In this document: piece after piece, positions 1 to 9,214 of the stretch
How the letters are laid out: the number at the start of each line of letters is the position of its first letter
How positions within the stretch are numbered: position 1 is the stretch's first letter
Notes under the pieces: model-generated
Database searches by the model: none
What the model was told of the DNA's origin: nothing
The model's input: only the letters and a program-made list of their open reading frames with translations
Source: Nanobdellota archaeon
Lineage (GTDB): Archaea > Nanobdellota > Nanobdellia > Pacearchaeales > GW2011-AR1
DNA: 57,328 nt
NCBI GenBank assembly: GCA_038045265.1
Contig: JBBSYL010000036.1
Span: 1-57,328 of the forward strand
Reading direction: 5' to 3'
Position numbers and translations under genes: made by a program

Positions 1-69
1 AAATTAGATAATAAATATTATTGATGAGCATTTACTCGGAAAAGCTCATCTACTGCACATAAAGCTAAT

Positions 70-80
70 CTTTATAAACC
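70..80 (+). promoter_or_regulatory. TATA-box-like promoter element (cTTTATAAAcc) upstream of L41e gene
   Basis: cTTTAWAWA-type box starting ~30 nt upstream of the ATG at 101. The same box and spacing recur upstream of many CDS in this window. Confidence 0.45.
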
Positions 81-100
81 ATTTTATACAACCCCTTAAT

Positions 101-217
101 ATGAAAAGATCAAGCAGGCGCTGGAAAAAGAAAGGACAGATGAGATGGAAGTGGCAGAGAAAGAGAATTAAGAAGGAAAAACGTAGAAGAAGAATGCATA
201 GAGCAAGATCCGCCTAA
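101..217 (+). CDS. rpl41e: ribosomal protein L41e (38 aa, below the ORF-track cutoff)
   Basis: ATG at 101, TAA at 215-217. Translation MKRSSRRWKKKGQMRWKWQRKRIKKEKRRRRMHRARSA is extremely Arg/Lys-rich and has the RWKKKG-MRWKW core typical of archaeal L41e. A TATA-like box lies 30 nt upstream. Confidence 0.7.
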   Translation: MKRSSRRWKKKGQMRWKWQRKRIKKEKRRRRMHRARSA

Positions 218-300
218 ATTTTACTATCTCGTCTTAAATATTTCTATGATTCATGCATCAAATAAAAGCACATTAAAGATTTGTTGCGTAGCACACAAAT

Positions 301-311
301 CTTTATAAAAA
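301..311 (+). promoter_or_regulatory. TATA-box-like promoter element upstream of RFC small subunit
   Basis: ctttataaaaa lies 30 nt upstream of the ATG at 331. Confidence 0.45.
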
Positions 312-330
312 CATATCTCAAAACATACTT

Positions 331-1299
331 ATGAGCCAGAGCGAAATCTGGACAGAGAAATATCGTCCTACAAAATTTGAAGAGGTGGTTGGCCAGTCTG
401 AGATAGTTAAACGTGTAAGTTCTCTTGTACAAGCCCTAAACATTCCACATCTTCTTTTTGCTGGTCCTGCTGGAACTGGAAAGTCAACCCTTGCTCTAGC
501 AATAGTAAAATCTCTGTTTGGTGAAAAATGGAGAGAGAATTACCTAGAACTAAACGCCTCAGATGAAAGAGGAATAGATGTAGTAAGACAAAAAGTAAAG
601 GACTTTGCAAGAACAAAAGCCCTTGAAAACATCCCATTCAAAGTTATTTTCCTAGATGAAGCAGATGCATTAACGAGAGAGGCCCAGCAGGCACTAAGAA
701 GGACAATGGAGAATTTCACAAATACTTGCAGATTCATAATGTCCTGCAATTACTCTTCAAACATCATAGACCCTATACAATCAAGATGTGTTACCTTTAG
801 ATTCAAACTTCTTGAAAAGAAAGATATAGCCGAAATAATAAAGAAAATAGCAGATAATGAAAAATTAAGAGTTTCGACAGATGCATTCGAAACAATTTAT
901 GAAGCAAGCGAAGGAGATTGCAGACGCGCCATTAACCTATTGCAAGCAACCGCCTCTGTTTCTCCAGACATTACTACTGAAATGGTAAATATGATTGCTT
1001 CTTCAGCAAAACCAAAGGGTGTAAGAATAGCTCTTGATTACGCCTTAGCAGGAGATTTCGTAAATGCAAGGGATAAATTGCTTGAAACAATGCTCAAAGA
1101 CAGCATAGCTGGCACAGATGTAATAAAAATAATTCAAAAAGAGATTTGGAATCTTGAAATAGAACCAGAAATTAAAGTCAAACTTACAGAAAAGACAGGC
1201 GAAATAGAATTCAGAATGACAGAAGGTGCAGATGAATTTGTTCAACTTCAATCAATGCTTGCTTCCTTTGTCTTAGCAGGCCAAGGAAAAGCAACTTAA
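331..1299 (+). CDS. rfcS: replication factor C small subunit
   Basis: N-terminal WTEKYRPTKFEEVVGQ, Walker A GPAGTGKST, Walker B FLDEADAL and the SRC motif (IQSRCVTFRF). Confidence 0.95.
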   Translation: MSQSEIWTEKYRPTKFEEVVGQSEIVKRVSSLVQALNIPHLLFAGPAGTGKSTLALAIVKSLFGEKWRENYLELNASDERGIDVVRQKVKDFARTKALENIPFKVIFLDEADALTREAQQALRRTMENFTNTCRFIMSCNYSSNIIDPIQSRCVTFRFKLLEKKDIAEIIKKIADNEKLRVSTDAFETIYEASEGDCRRAINLLQATASVSPDITTEMVNMIASSAKPKGVRIALDYALAGDFVNARDKLLETMLKDSIAGTDVIKIIQKEIWNLEIEPEIKVKLTEKTGEIEFRMTEGADEFVQLQSMLASFVLAGQGKAT

Positions 1300-1301
1300 A
1301 A

Positions 1302-2471
1302 ATGAACATAAACTTCGTTGAAAAATATAGGGCAAAATCATACATCGACTTTGTAGGGCAGGAAAAAGCAATCCAAGAAATAAAACAATTTCTCTCTGAA
1401 TTTCCAAAAAAGAAAGGCCTTATCATCCATGGTCCTGCTGGAACTGGAAAAACTTCATTGGTAATTGCGGCGGCTAAAGAAAATCATCTTGATATTCTAG
1501 AGTTAAATTCTTCAGATTTAAGAAACAAGCAAAAATTAGAATTAACATTAAAACCCGCAGCACAACAAGCAAGTCTTTTCAAAAAAGGAAAGATAATTTT
1601 AATGGATGAAGTTGACGGCGTGACTGGTACAGATATCGGCGGTATTGCTGAATTAGTAAGAGTTCTAGATTTAACAGCGCACCCCATAATAATGACCTGT
1701 AATGATGTCTGGCAGACAAAATTGGCGCCAATACGCTCCATGTGCAAAAGAATAGAAATGAAACCATTAACAATTTTAACAATAAAAGACGTTCTACAGA
1801 AAATAGCTGAAAAAGAAGGGATAAAAAGAGATTCTCTATTCTACCACCAGCTTGCAATAAAATCGCAGGGAGACTTGCGTGCCGCCCTAAACGATTTGCA
1901 TTCATACGCACATTTAGAATCCCTCCCAGTAGACACTACTGAAAAAAGAGATGTTGAAGATAACATTTTCAATATATTAAAGCAATTATTCAAAGAAAGA
2001 AAAGATTTTCTTAATTTATTTGATTCTACCCGTCTTTCATTAGATGAAGTCCTTCTTTGGATTGAAGAAAATATTCCAAAAGAATATAAGAACGAATCAC
2101 TTGCAAAAGCATATCATGCATTGGGTAATGCAGATGTCTTCAGAGGTAGAATATACAAGAAACAATCTTGGCGCTTCTTATTATATCAAAATATTTTCCA
2201 ATCAGCAGGAATAAGTTATTCTAAATCCTCTCCATTGCAGGGGTTCACAAAATATGAGCCTCCAAAAAGAATTTTGAAAATATGGCAGTATAATCAAAAA
2301 ATGGAAAAAAAGAAAACAATTTCAAAAAAAGTGGCCCATGTTACACATACTTCCTCAAAAAGAATAATGAAAGATTTTCCTCTAATAAAATTAATAATAC
2401 AAAATTCACTAATTCAAAAACAGCTTCAGTTTAGCGACCAAGAGATGGATTATCTGAAAAATGGTGCTTGA
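1302..2471 (+). CDS. rfcL: replication factor C large subunit (short form)
   Basis: FVEKYRAKSYIDFVGQ and Walker A GPAGTGKTS. It is AAA+ clamp-loader-like and starts 2 nt after the rfcS stop. Confidence 0.85.
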   Translation: MNINFVEKYRAKSYIDFVGQEKAIQEIKQFLSEFPKKKGLIIHGPAGTGKTSLVIAAAKENHLDILELNSSDLRNKQKLELTLKPAAQQASLFKKGKIILMDEVDGVTGTDIGGIAELVRVLDLTAHPIIMTCNDVWQTKLAPIRSMCKRIEMKPLTILTIKDVLQKIAEKEGIKRDSLFYHQLAIKSQGDLRAALNDLHSYAHLESLPVDTTEKRDVEDNIFNILKQLFKERKDFLNLFDSTRLSLDEVLLWIEENIPKEYKNESLAKAYHALGNADVFRGRIYKKQSWRFLLYQNIFQSAGISYSKSSPLQGFTKYEPPKRILKIWQYNQKMEKKKTISKKVAHVTHTSSKRIMKDFPLIKLIIQNSLIQKQLQFSDQEMDYLKNGA

Positions 2472-2530
2472 AACTCAATAGTATACGCAAACCACTTTGT
2501 TTAAATACTTCTTACAATTATTTATCCCAG

Positions 2531-2740
2531 ATGAAGCTGAAGAATATAAAAACAAGAGATGTGATTAAAATTCTTGAACAAAACGGCTTTAGAATTAACA
2601 GGCAGACTGGAACTCATTTGATAATGAGAAAAGATAACATAACCACAGTCGTTCCAACTCATAAGGATAGAATACCAATAGGGACATTAAAAAGCATAGA
2701 AAAGCAATCTGGTGTAAACTTTAGAGAAGCATTCTTGTAA
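2531..2740 (+). CDS. hicA: HicA-family mRNA interferase toxin
   Basis: MKLKNIKTRDVIKILEQNGFRINRQTGTHLIMRK..TVVPTHKDRIPIGTLKSIEKQSG matches the YcfA/HicA pattern (G[ST]H..., vP.H..l..GTl.sI.kq.G). The internal ATG at 2531 is preferred over the ORF-track start at 2468. Confidence 0.8.
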   Translation: MKLKNIKTRDVIKILEQNGFRINRQTGTHLIMRKDNITTVVPTHKDRIPIGTLKSIEKQSGVNFREAFL

Positions 2741-2951
2741 CCATTACAGGTTTCTCTTTTGACAGCAAAATCTTTTTTTCAGGAGCTTCTTCTAAAAGAA
2801 GCATTATTCCTTTCCTCAAATTACCAAGCGCTTCATCAATATTATCTCCAAAATCTGAAACGCCTAGCTCTATGCAGTCAGCTACAAAAACTCTCTTCCC
2901 ATCCAATTCTTCTTCGTGCAACTCAACTCCAATTGATAATCTCTCTTCCAT
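2721..2951 (-). CDS. hicB: HicB-like (UPF0150) antitoxin-domain protein
   Basis: DGKRVFVADCIELGVSDFGDNIDEALGNLRKGIMLLLEE resembles the HicB N-terminal fold motif (...pelpG....G.t.eEAl.n..eai...le). It is convergent with hicA and overlaps its 3' end by 20 bp. Confidence 0.6.
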   Translation of the reverse strand: MEERLSIGVELHEEELDGKRVFVADCIELGVSDFGDNIDEALGNLRKGIMLLLEEAPEKKILLSKEKPVMVTRMLL

Positions 2952-2985
2952 AGCCAAGTTAAAAACAACTTCTATTTAAAATTAA

Positions 2986-3606
2986 CTATTCAATCTCTCT
3001 AACTGCCTTCTCATAAAATTTATTAACTTTATACCAGTTTATAATATTAAAAAAAGCTTTAACATAATCTACTCTCCTATTCTGATAGTTTAAATAATAA
3101 GCATGTTCCCAGACATCTAACCCAAGAATTGGAATATCTCCACTCATATAAGGTGAATCTTGATTTGCCGTCGAATATATCTCTAGTTCTCCATTTGAAG
3201 TCATAACCAACCACGCCCACCCACTACCAAATCTTGTCAAAGCAGCATTAGCGAACTGTGTCATAAATTCATTATAACTTCCAAATTTTTTTATTATGGC
3301 TTTTAATATGCCTCCTTCACACTCCTTCTTTTCAGGCCCCAATATTTCCCAGAACAAAGAATGATTCGCGTGTCCTCCTCCATGATTCCTTACTGTAGCC
3401 CTTATCTCTTCTGGAATAGAATTAATATTAATTAATAATTCTTCAATTTTCTTGCCTTGTAAATCCTTATACTTGCTTAATGCTTCATTTAATTTATCAA
3501 CATATGCCTGATGATGCTTAGTATGGTGTATTTCCATCGTCCTTGAGTCTATTATCGGCTCAAAAGCGTCATAGACATAAGGCAGTGCAGGCAGAGTAAA
3601 CGTCAT
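2986..3606 (-). CDS. sod: Fe/Mn superoxide dismutase
   Basis: [36 protein letters not shown], plus the C-terminal [17 protein letters not shown] metal-ligand motif. The real start is the ATG at 3606; the ORF-track N-terminal extension to 3870 is low-complexity read-through. Confidence 0.9.
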   Translation of the reverse strand: MTFTLPALPYVYDAFEPIIDSRTMEIHHTKHHQAYVDKLNEALSKYKDLQGKKIEELLININSIPEEIRATVRNHGGGHANHSLFWEILGPEKKECEGGILKAIIKKFGSYNEFMTQFANAALTRFGSGWAWLVMTSNGELEIYSTANQDSPYMSGDIPILGLDVWEHAYYLNYQNRRVDYVKAFFNIINWYKVNKFYEKAVREIE

Positions 3607-3656
3607 CAGTTCTGCAGAATCTAAAATTATATAAACATTTCGTAAGGAAAAGACTA

Positions 3657-4070
3657 ATGATAAATGGATTAATATTTGACTGGGAAACTGGATTAAGAGC
3701 ACATTATGAGACCGATAGGGAACAAGTGGAAGAAACACTTTTAACTTTAGGAATAAAAAGATATAAATTAGGTTTAATTGCCGAAGGAGTAGATGTATCA
3801 TGCTTCTCAAAAATGTTAAGAACAAGCAGATTGGGCGGATATTTTGATACAGTGGTACTTTCAAGATCAAAAATGCTAGAAAATTATCGTAATTGCATAG
3901 AAAGTATGAAAACTACACCCCAATCTACTTTATTCATAGGTAACACAGAACAATGTACGAGGGCAAAATCTTTTGGAATACAAACTTTTGTATCAAACGG
4001 AAAATTAATAGTACCAGACTTAGAAAATCTCACATCACTTTCGCTAGAAGAAATTATGTTAGTAAGCTAA
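3657..4070 (+). CDS. HAD-superfamily-like small protein (degenerate motif I)
   Basis: GLIFDWETG resembles HAD motif I (DxDxT) with the second Asp replaced. GGYFD and LFIGNT resemble HAD motifs II and IV. This is a weak call. Confidence 0.3.
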   Translation: MINGLIFDWETGLRAHYETDREQVEETLLTLGIKRYKLGLIAEGVDVSCFSKMLRTSRLGGYFDTVVLSRSKMLENYRNCIESMKTTPQSTLFIGNTEQCTRAKSFGIQTFVSNGKLIVPDLENLTSLSLEEIMLVS

Positions 4071-4421
4071 TCAGAAGGCAACTTCTTCTTCAACAACTTT
4101 CGCCTTTTTGCTATTAGCATGTGAATCTGCCTTTCCATCAACAACTTCCATCTTGCCAAATTTTCCAGGAGTCAGTTGCTTCACTCCATTAAATTCAGAA
4201 ACATACCCATTAATTATCCTTATCTTATCTCCTACATTAATTTTATCTATATCGTCATTCCACAAGGTGAGTGTTATCTCTCCACTTGAATCAAAAACTA
4301 CTGCATTACACACTCTCAAATCTTTTCCATACTTATTAAAAGTTCTAATATTATCCTTACTCTTAACCCCAAGTTCAATATCAACTTTGCCCTGACCTGA
4401 TTGTAAATCCTTAACTTCCAT
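4071..4421 (-). CDS. single OB-fold nucleic-acid-binding protein (SSB/RPA-like)
   Basis: The pattern ..VCNAVVFDSSGEITLTLWNDDIDKINVGDKIRIINGYVSEFNGVKQL is typical of archaeal short OB-fold ssDNA-binding proteins. Confidence 0.55.
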   Translation of the reverse strand: MEVKDLQSGQGKVDIELGVKSKDNIRTFNKYGKDLRVCNAVVFDSSGEITLTLWNDDIDKINVGDKIRIINGYVSEFNGVKQLTPGKFGKMEVVDGKADSHANSKKAKVVEEEVAF

Positions 4422-4425
4422 TATT

Positions 4426-5379
4426 TTAACCGTTTAATTCCTGCTCGATGATTTGCTGGAAAACTGAAAATGGTTGAGCTCCAGAAACACTTACTCCGTT
4501 AATGAAGAATCCTGGTGTCCCCTGTACTCCAACAGCACTTCCGTCTTGCATATCACTATTAACCTCATCCAAATACTTGTTAGAATCAAGACATGAATCT
4601 ATATTATATCCAAGTTCCTTCGCCCATTTCTTCATATTATCTATTGAAAGTGAGGCTTGATTTTCAAACAACTTATCGTGGTATTTGTAATATCCAGAAT
4701 CTCCTCCAAGTTCATGTACACACTCACTTGCAATAGCCGCAGGAGTTGCCATTGGGTGAAAATCAAGAGGATAATCTCTATAAATTAACTTAACTTTTCC
4801 AGTGTCAATATACTGCTCTTTTATCAAAGGCAATGTTTGACTCCAGAATCTCTCACAATAAGGACACTGATAATCTGAAAATTCAATGATTGTGACAGGC
4901 GCATCAGGGCTTCCAAGAACAGCATCATCATCTTCACTTACCTCATATCTCTGATTTTCTGCACCTCCAAACCCAGAATCAACAGGAGCAGAACCTGCAC
5001 TAGCCAAAGGAATAGGATCCGTAATCAGATACTCCCCATCTAATGTAACCAAAACAGGTATATCTTCGCCATTATAACTAACAACTGCATTGTATAAACT
5101 TCCTTGTCTTTCAATACTCTTCAGCACTGCTTCTCCCTGACCTTGTGAATTAACAAAATCTACAAGTTTCTGTCCTGCTTCCTGAGAACTCACAGACTCG
5201 CCACTTCCTCCAACATTACCGAATATTAAAATCAATAGAATAAATACTGTTAACGTAACAGCATAGGTAGAATAAATATTATTTCTCAAAGAATGTATAA
5301 ATTTTCCTATAGGAATTTCAATAACGTCGCTTTTATTGGGAGAATCCTTAGACTCCTTTGCCTCTCCTTTTTTAATCAT
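4426..5379 (-). CDS. membrane-anchored DsbA-like thiol:disulfide oxidoreductase
   Basis: An N-terminal TM helix and the thioredoxin-fold CxxC motif FSDYQCPYCERFW, plus GTPGFFING. Confidence 0.8.
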   Translation of the reverse strand: MIKKGEAKESKDSPNKSDVIEIPIGKFIHSLRNNIYSTYAVTLTVFILLILIFGNVGGSGESVSSQEAGQKLVDFVNSQGQGEAVLKSIERQGSLYNAVVSYNGEDIPVLVTLDGEYLITDPIPLASAGSAPVDSGFGGAENQRYEVSEDDDAVLGSPDAPVTIIEFSDYQCPYCERFWSQTLPLIKEQYIDTGKVKLIYRDYPLDFHPMATPAAIASECVHELGGDSGYYKYHDKLFENQASLSIDNMKKWAKELGYNIDSCLDSNKYLDEVNSDMQDGSAVGVQGTPGFFINGVSVSGAQPFSVFQQIIEQELNG

Positions 5380-5440
5380 AAAGTTCTATATCCAACCCAT
5401 TTAAAAATGTTTTGAAAAACATTTTTACTTCTTATAACAA

Positions 5441-5451
5441 CCTTTAATAAA
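5441..5451 (+). promoter_or_regulatory. TATA-box-like promoter element upstream of HerA-like ATPase
   Basis: cctttaataaa lies ~30 nt upstream of the ATG at 5472. Confidence 0.4.
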
Positions 5452-5471
5452 TCTCCTGTCCATTATTAGCA

Positions 5472-8084
5472 ATGCCATACGACATCATAATAGGCCGAGA
5501 CACAACAGACAAAGCAAAATTTGGTGATAGGGGCTTAATTAACCTTGGAAGAGGATATGTAAAAATGGGTCTCAACTCCTCCCTATCTAATAACATAAAG
5601 ATGGATATTGCAAGAAGTCATGTAATTTTAGTTGCGGGCAAGCGTGGAAGCGGAAAGTGTCTTCATGAAGATACCTTAATAACTCTTGCAGATGGCTCAC
5701 AAATCCCAATAAAATACTTAGAAAATAATAAAGAAAAAATCATTTCTTTAAATGAACAACTAAAAATTGAACAATCAGAAAAGTCAGACTTCTTCTCAAG
5801 AATCACAAATAGATTATTTAAAATAAAATTAAGAAGCGGAAAAGAAATAAAACTCACTCCAGAACATCCCCTACTAACTATAAAGGGTTGGAAAGAAGCG
5901 CAATCTCTGACTATTGGAAGCAGGATAGCTACCCCTAGAAAGATTTGTTCTTTCGGAAATAAAGAAATGCCAGAACATGAAATAAAACTATTAGCTTATC
6001 TTATTGCAGAAGGGCATACTAAAAAAGTAGTTTTATTTTCAAATTCAGATGAAAAAATAGTTGAAGAGTTTAGAGAGTCTCTAAACAAATTTGATTCAAC
6101 ACTAAAATTAATAAAAGAAAAAGAAAATCATTACAGGATTTCTTCTCCAGAATGGGAAAATAAAGTTTTAGATAAATCAAAAATCCTATTTAATAAAGAA
6201 AATAGACGCTTTGATAATGGAAGTAAAATTATATTAGAAAAAAGAAGCATAAGAAAATTAATAGAAAGAGAAGAATTATTTAATTTACTGGCACCTCAAA
6301 AATATTTATCTCAGAATATTATGCAATTAAATAAAAAACATCTATCAATATTTTTAAATAGATTATTCAGCTGTGATGGAAGCATATACAAATCAAGTAA
6401 TTATTGGCAAATATCTTATTCTTCCTCTTCAAATAAAATGATAAGACAAGTTCAAAATCTACTATTGAGATTTGGCATATTATCTAAATTAAGAGATAAA
6501 AATATAAACTTAAATGGAAAACAATTCAAAGCGTATGAATTAGTAATTAATTCTCCTAATGCTCTTAAATTTATATACGAAATTGGATTTTTCGGAGTGA
6601 AAGAAGAAAAACAGAAAGTAGCAGAAAAAGAAATCTTATCGAAAAATCAAAATCCTAATATTGATACCATACCTCAAGACATTTGGGAATTGTACAAACC
6701 AAAGAATTGGACAGAAATAGGCAGACAATTAGGATACTCTCATCCGAAAGCAATGAGGGAAAGAATACATTATTCCCCGTCAAGACAAACCCTTATGCAA
6801 ATAGCTCAAGTCGAACAAAGCAATCCTTTAATGCTATTAGCACAATCAGATATTTTTTGGGATGAAATTATATCTATAGAACTACTTGAAGGAGAATTCA
6901 CAGTATATGACATTTGTGTCCCAACTAATCATAATTTTGTTGCTAATGACATAATAGTACATAACAGCTACACACTTGGCGTAATTGCAGAAGAATTATC
7001 AAATCTTCCTTCAGAAACTGCAAAAAACATCTCTTCTTTAATATTTGACACAATGGGAATTTTTTGGACAATGAAATATAAAAACCAGAAAGATGCTGAA
7101 TTGCTCGATGAATGGAATCTTGAATCAAAAGAACTACCAGTAAGAATATTCATCCCATACGGAAAAGCCGAAGATTATCTAAATAAAAGCATCCCATTTG
7201 ACGAAACCTTTGCCTTGAAAGCATCTGAACTAACTTCTGAAGATTGGATTTCCCTATTTAATCTAAAAATAACAAGCCTTGAAGGAGTATTAATAGAAAA
7301 TGTTATCAGTAATTTAGCTGGAACAAATTACACCATAAAACAGGTAATTGAACAAATAAGAACAAATCATTCTGCACATGAAGACACCAAAAAAATAGTT
7401 TCTGCATTATTTGAGGCAACGCAAACTTGGGGAATATTTTCCCTTGACGAAAATGGAACTGAAATAAACAATCTCGTGTCTGCGGGAGTCACAACAGTCA
7501 TAGATGTCTCTGTATACAGTTCTGTCTCATCTTTTAATATTAGAGCATTAGTTTTATCATTAATAACAAAAAAATTATTCAAAACACGTATGGATGCAAG
7601 AAAAAAAGAGGAATTAATTTCATTGCAGCATGGTCAGGATTATCTGTCTTATTCAACAGAAAGAGAAAACCCCTTGGTTTGGATATTTATAGATGAGGCG
7701 CATGAATTTCTTCCAAAAGAAGGAAGCACTCCAGCCACAGAAGCGTTAGTACAATTATTAAGAGAAGGGCGCCAACCGGGAATTTCCTTAGTTCTAGCCA
7801 CCCAACAACCTGGACAAATTCATCATGACGCAATTTCTCAATCAGATATAGTAATAAGCCATAGAGTTACAAGCAAATCAGACCTGGAAGCATTAAATGC
7901 AATAATGCAATCATATGTTTTAGATAGCATTAAACATCAAATGGACGATCTTCCAAGTTTGAAAGGTTCTGCAATAATTCTTGATGACAACTCAGAAAGA
8001 ATCTACCCAGCAAGAATACGCCCTAGATTCACCTGGCACGGCGGAGAAGCACCAACCGCAGTTAAAGGAGATATTAGTTTGTAA
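5472..8084 (+). CDS. HerA/DUF87-type P-loop ATPase interrupted by an intein in the Walker A motif
   Basis: The extein junction reconstitutes GKRGSGK|SYTLG (Walker A). Walker B is VWIFIDEAHEFL, and LREGRQPGISLVLATQQPGQI is a HerA/FtsK-like motif. Confidence 0.85.
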   Translation: MPYDIIIGRDTTDKAKFGDRGLINLGRGYVKMGLNSSLSNNIKMDIARSHVILVAGKRGSGKCLHEDTLITLADGSQIPIKYLENNKEKIISLNEQLKIEQSEKSDFFSRITNRLFKIKLRSGKEIKLTPEHPLLTIKGWKEAQSLTIGSRIATPRKICSFGNKEMPEHEIKLLAYLIAEGHTKKVVLFSNSDEKIVEEFRESLNKFDSTLKLIKEKENHYRISSPEWENKVLDKSKILFNKENRRFDNGSKIILEKRSIRKLIEREELFNLLAPQKYLSQNIMQLNKKHLSIFLNRLFSCDGSIYKSSNYWQISYSSSSNKMIRQVQNLLLRFGILSKLRDKNINLNGKQFKAYELVINSPNALKFIYEIGFFGVKEEKQKVAEKEILSKNQNPNIDTIPQDIWELYKPKNWTEIGRQLGYSHPKAMRERIHYSPSRQTLMQIAQVEQSNPLMLLAQSDIFWDEIISIELLEGEFTVYDICVPTNHNFVANDIIVHNSYTLGVIAEELSNLPSETAKNISSLIFDTMGIFWTMKYKNQKDAELLDEWNLESKELPVRIFIPYGKAEDYLNKSIPFDETFALKASELTSEDWISLFNLKITSLEGVLIENVISNLAGTNYTIKQVIEQIRTNHSAHEDTKKIVSALFEATQTWGIFSLDENGTEINNLVSAGVTTVIDVSVYSSVSSFNIRALVLSLITKKLFKTRMDARKKEELISLQHGQDYLSYSTERENPLVWIFIDEAHEFLPKEGSTPATEALVQLLREGRQPGISLVLATQQPGQIHHDAISQSDIVISHRVTSKSDLEALNAIMQSYVLDSIKHQMDDLPSLKGSAIILDDNSERIYPARIRPRFTWHGGEAPTAVKGDISL
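5658..6965 (+). mobile_element. intein (436 aa) with LAGLIDADG homing-endonuclease domain
   Basis: It starts with Cys (CLHEDTLITLADG, block A) and has block B LTPEHPLL. LAGLIDADG motifs are LLAYLIAEGH and FLNRLFSCDGSI. It ends ...NDIIVHN followed by the +1 Ser. Confidence 0.85.
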
Positions 8085-8157
8085 CAAATCTTATTGTTTC
8101 ATATATCCAATCCATTTCTTCCCTATGCTCATTAGTCAACTCATCAAAAATTTTATA

Positions 8158-8388
8158 TTAATTAATAGTAGTTTGAGCACTAATAAAATCTCTTGCCCTG
8201 AACTGGGAGCGAACAACAGCCATAACGAGATAGCTAAAATTTCCTTCCCTATCTGGAGTCAAATTTCTTAAATAACTTTCAGATAGCTCAGCAACTCCAG
8301 AATATCTTTCAAGATTATCTGTAAGAAGAGATGCCTGCTCAGCCCTAAAAACTTCATCAACTATTCTCCGCAGCATATGTTTATCCAT
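8158..8388 (-). CDS. hypothetical small protein
   Basis: A 76-aa ORF with ordinary composition and no recognisable motif. Confidence 0.3.
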   Translation of the reverse strand: MDKHMLRRIVDEVFRAEQASLLTDNLERYSGVAELSESYLRNLTPDREGNFSYLVMAVVRSQFRARDFISAQTTIN

Positions 8389-8436
8389 AAAAATTTCTAA
8401 TAAATCTGCTTTTATACCTTTCTAAAAAATGTTTAT

Positions 8437-9180
8437 TTAATTTTCAGGAAGGGAGTTAACTAACAACTCTCCAGAAACAACAGGCAATCTATTCTGATAA
8501 CAAGCCACAGAAAACTTATACAATGGACCTCTTTGTTTTAACAATTTAACTCCATAATCAAACTCTCCCGCTTCAGGAGTTTTATGAAATGAAAAATCTG
8601 CTCTAAGATAAACTCCGGATTTCAATCCAACTTCATTTCCCATTTTCAAAAGGCGAGAAGAAAACAAAGAAGCAGGAAGCATGAAAGGCATACCCTCCCT
8701 ATTTACTTCAATTCCAACATCTTCAATCATATTCAATAAAATCTCTTCTTGAGATTTATCAATACAAGCTTTTTCTAATTTTCCAACATCTGGTAAATTT
8801 GGATTCAAAAGTTTTTTCTGAGAAAAAGTAGCTAAAGATTTAACCGCTAACTCTGTTCCAGAATATATGTCTGCACGTATAGTTTTATCTCCTCCCTCTA
8901 CTTCTTGCCCTCCAAATTCAGTTTTAATTTCTCCATGCATATCTGGGTAAACTGGTTGTATAAACCTAAAACTATGATTTGAATAAAGTCCATCTCTTAA
9001 AATAGAAGAATTATGTGCGCATTGCTCAGCCATCATTTGCAACATAACCGCAAAGACAGGAGTATCTGCAAATCCTGCTTTTACAGCAATATCTTCTCTT
9101 CTATGTATGGGATTTTTATCTCCTATCAAATCTCCAAATGCAGGAAGCATTTCACTTTTTACATTAAATCCATAATTCAT
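8437..9180 (-). CDS. MaoC-like hotdog-fold (dehydratase-like) protein
   Basis: GDKNPIHRREDIAVKAGFADTPVFAVML matches the MaoC hydratase motif (D.NPiH.d...A...GF...iahG). Confidence 0.7.
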   Translation of the reverse strand: MNYGFNVKSEMLPAFGDLIGDKNPIHRREDIAVKAGFADTPVFAVMLQMMAEQCAHNSSILRDGLYSNHSFRFIQPVYPDMHGEIKTEFGGQEVEGGDKTIRADIYSGTELAVKSLATFSQKKLLNPNLPDVGKLEKACIDKSQEEILLNMIEDVGIEVNREGMPFMLPASLFSSRLLKMGNEVGLKSGVYLRADFSFHKTPEAGEFDYGVKLLKQRGPLYKFSVACYQNRLPVVSGELLVNSLPEN

Positions 9181-9214
9181 ATAAATTCCCCAAAAGAAGC
9201 AGTTATAAACTTTG

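Noticed and set aside
3607-3870. The N-terminal extension of the SOD ORF (88 extra codons).
   Set aside because: The extension is hydrophobic and low-complexity and overlaps the divergent HAD-like ORF. SOD homology begins at the Met at 3606 ([10 protein letters not shown]...).
8437-9180. A candidate NurA nuclease partner for the HerA-like ATPase.
   Set aside because: The protein carries a MaoC/hotdog DxNPIH motif rather than NurA features, and it is on the opposite strand.
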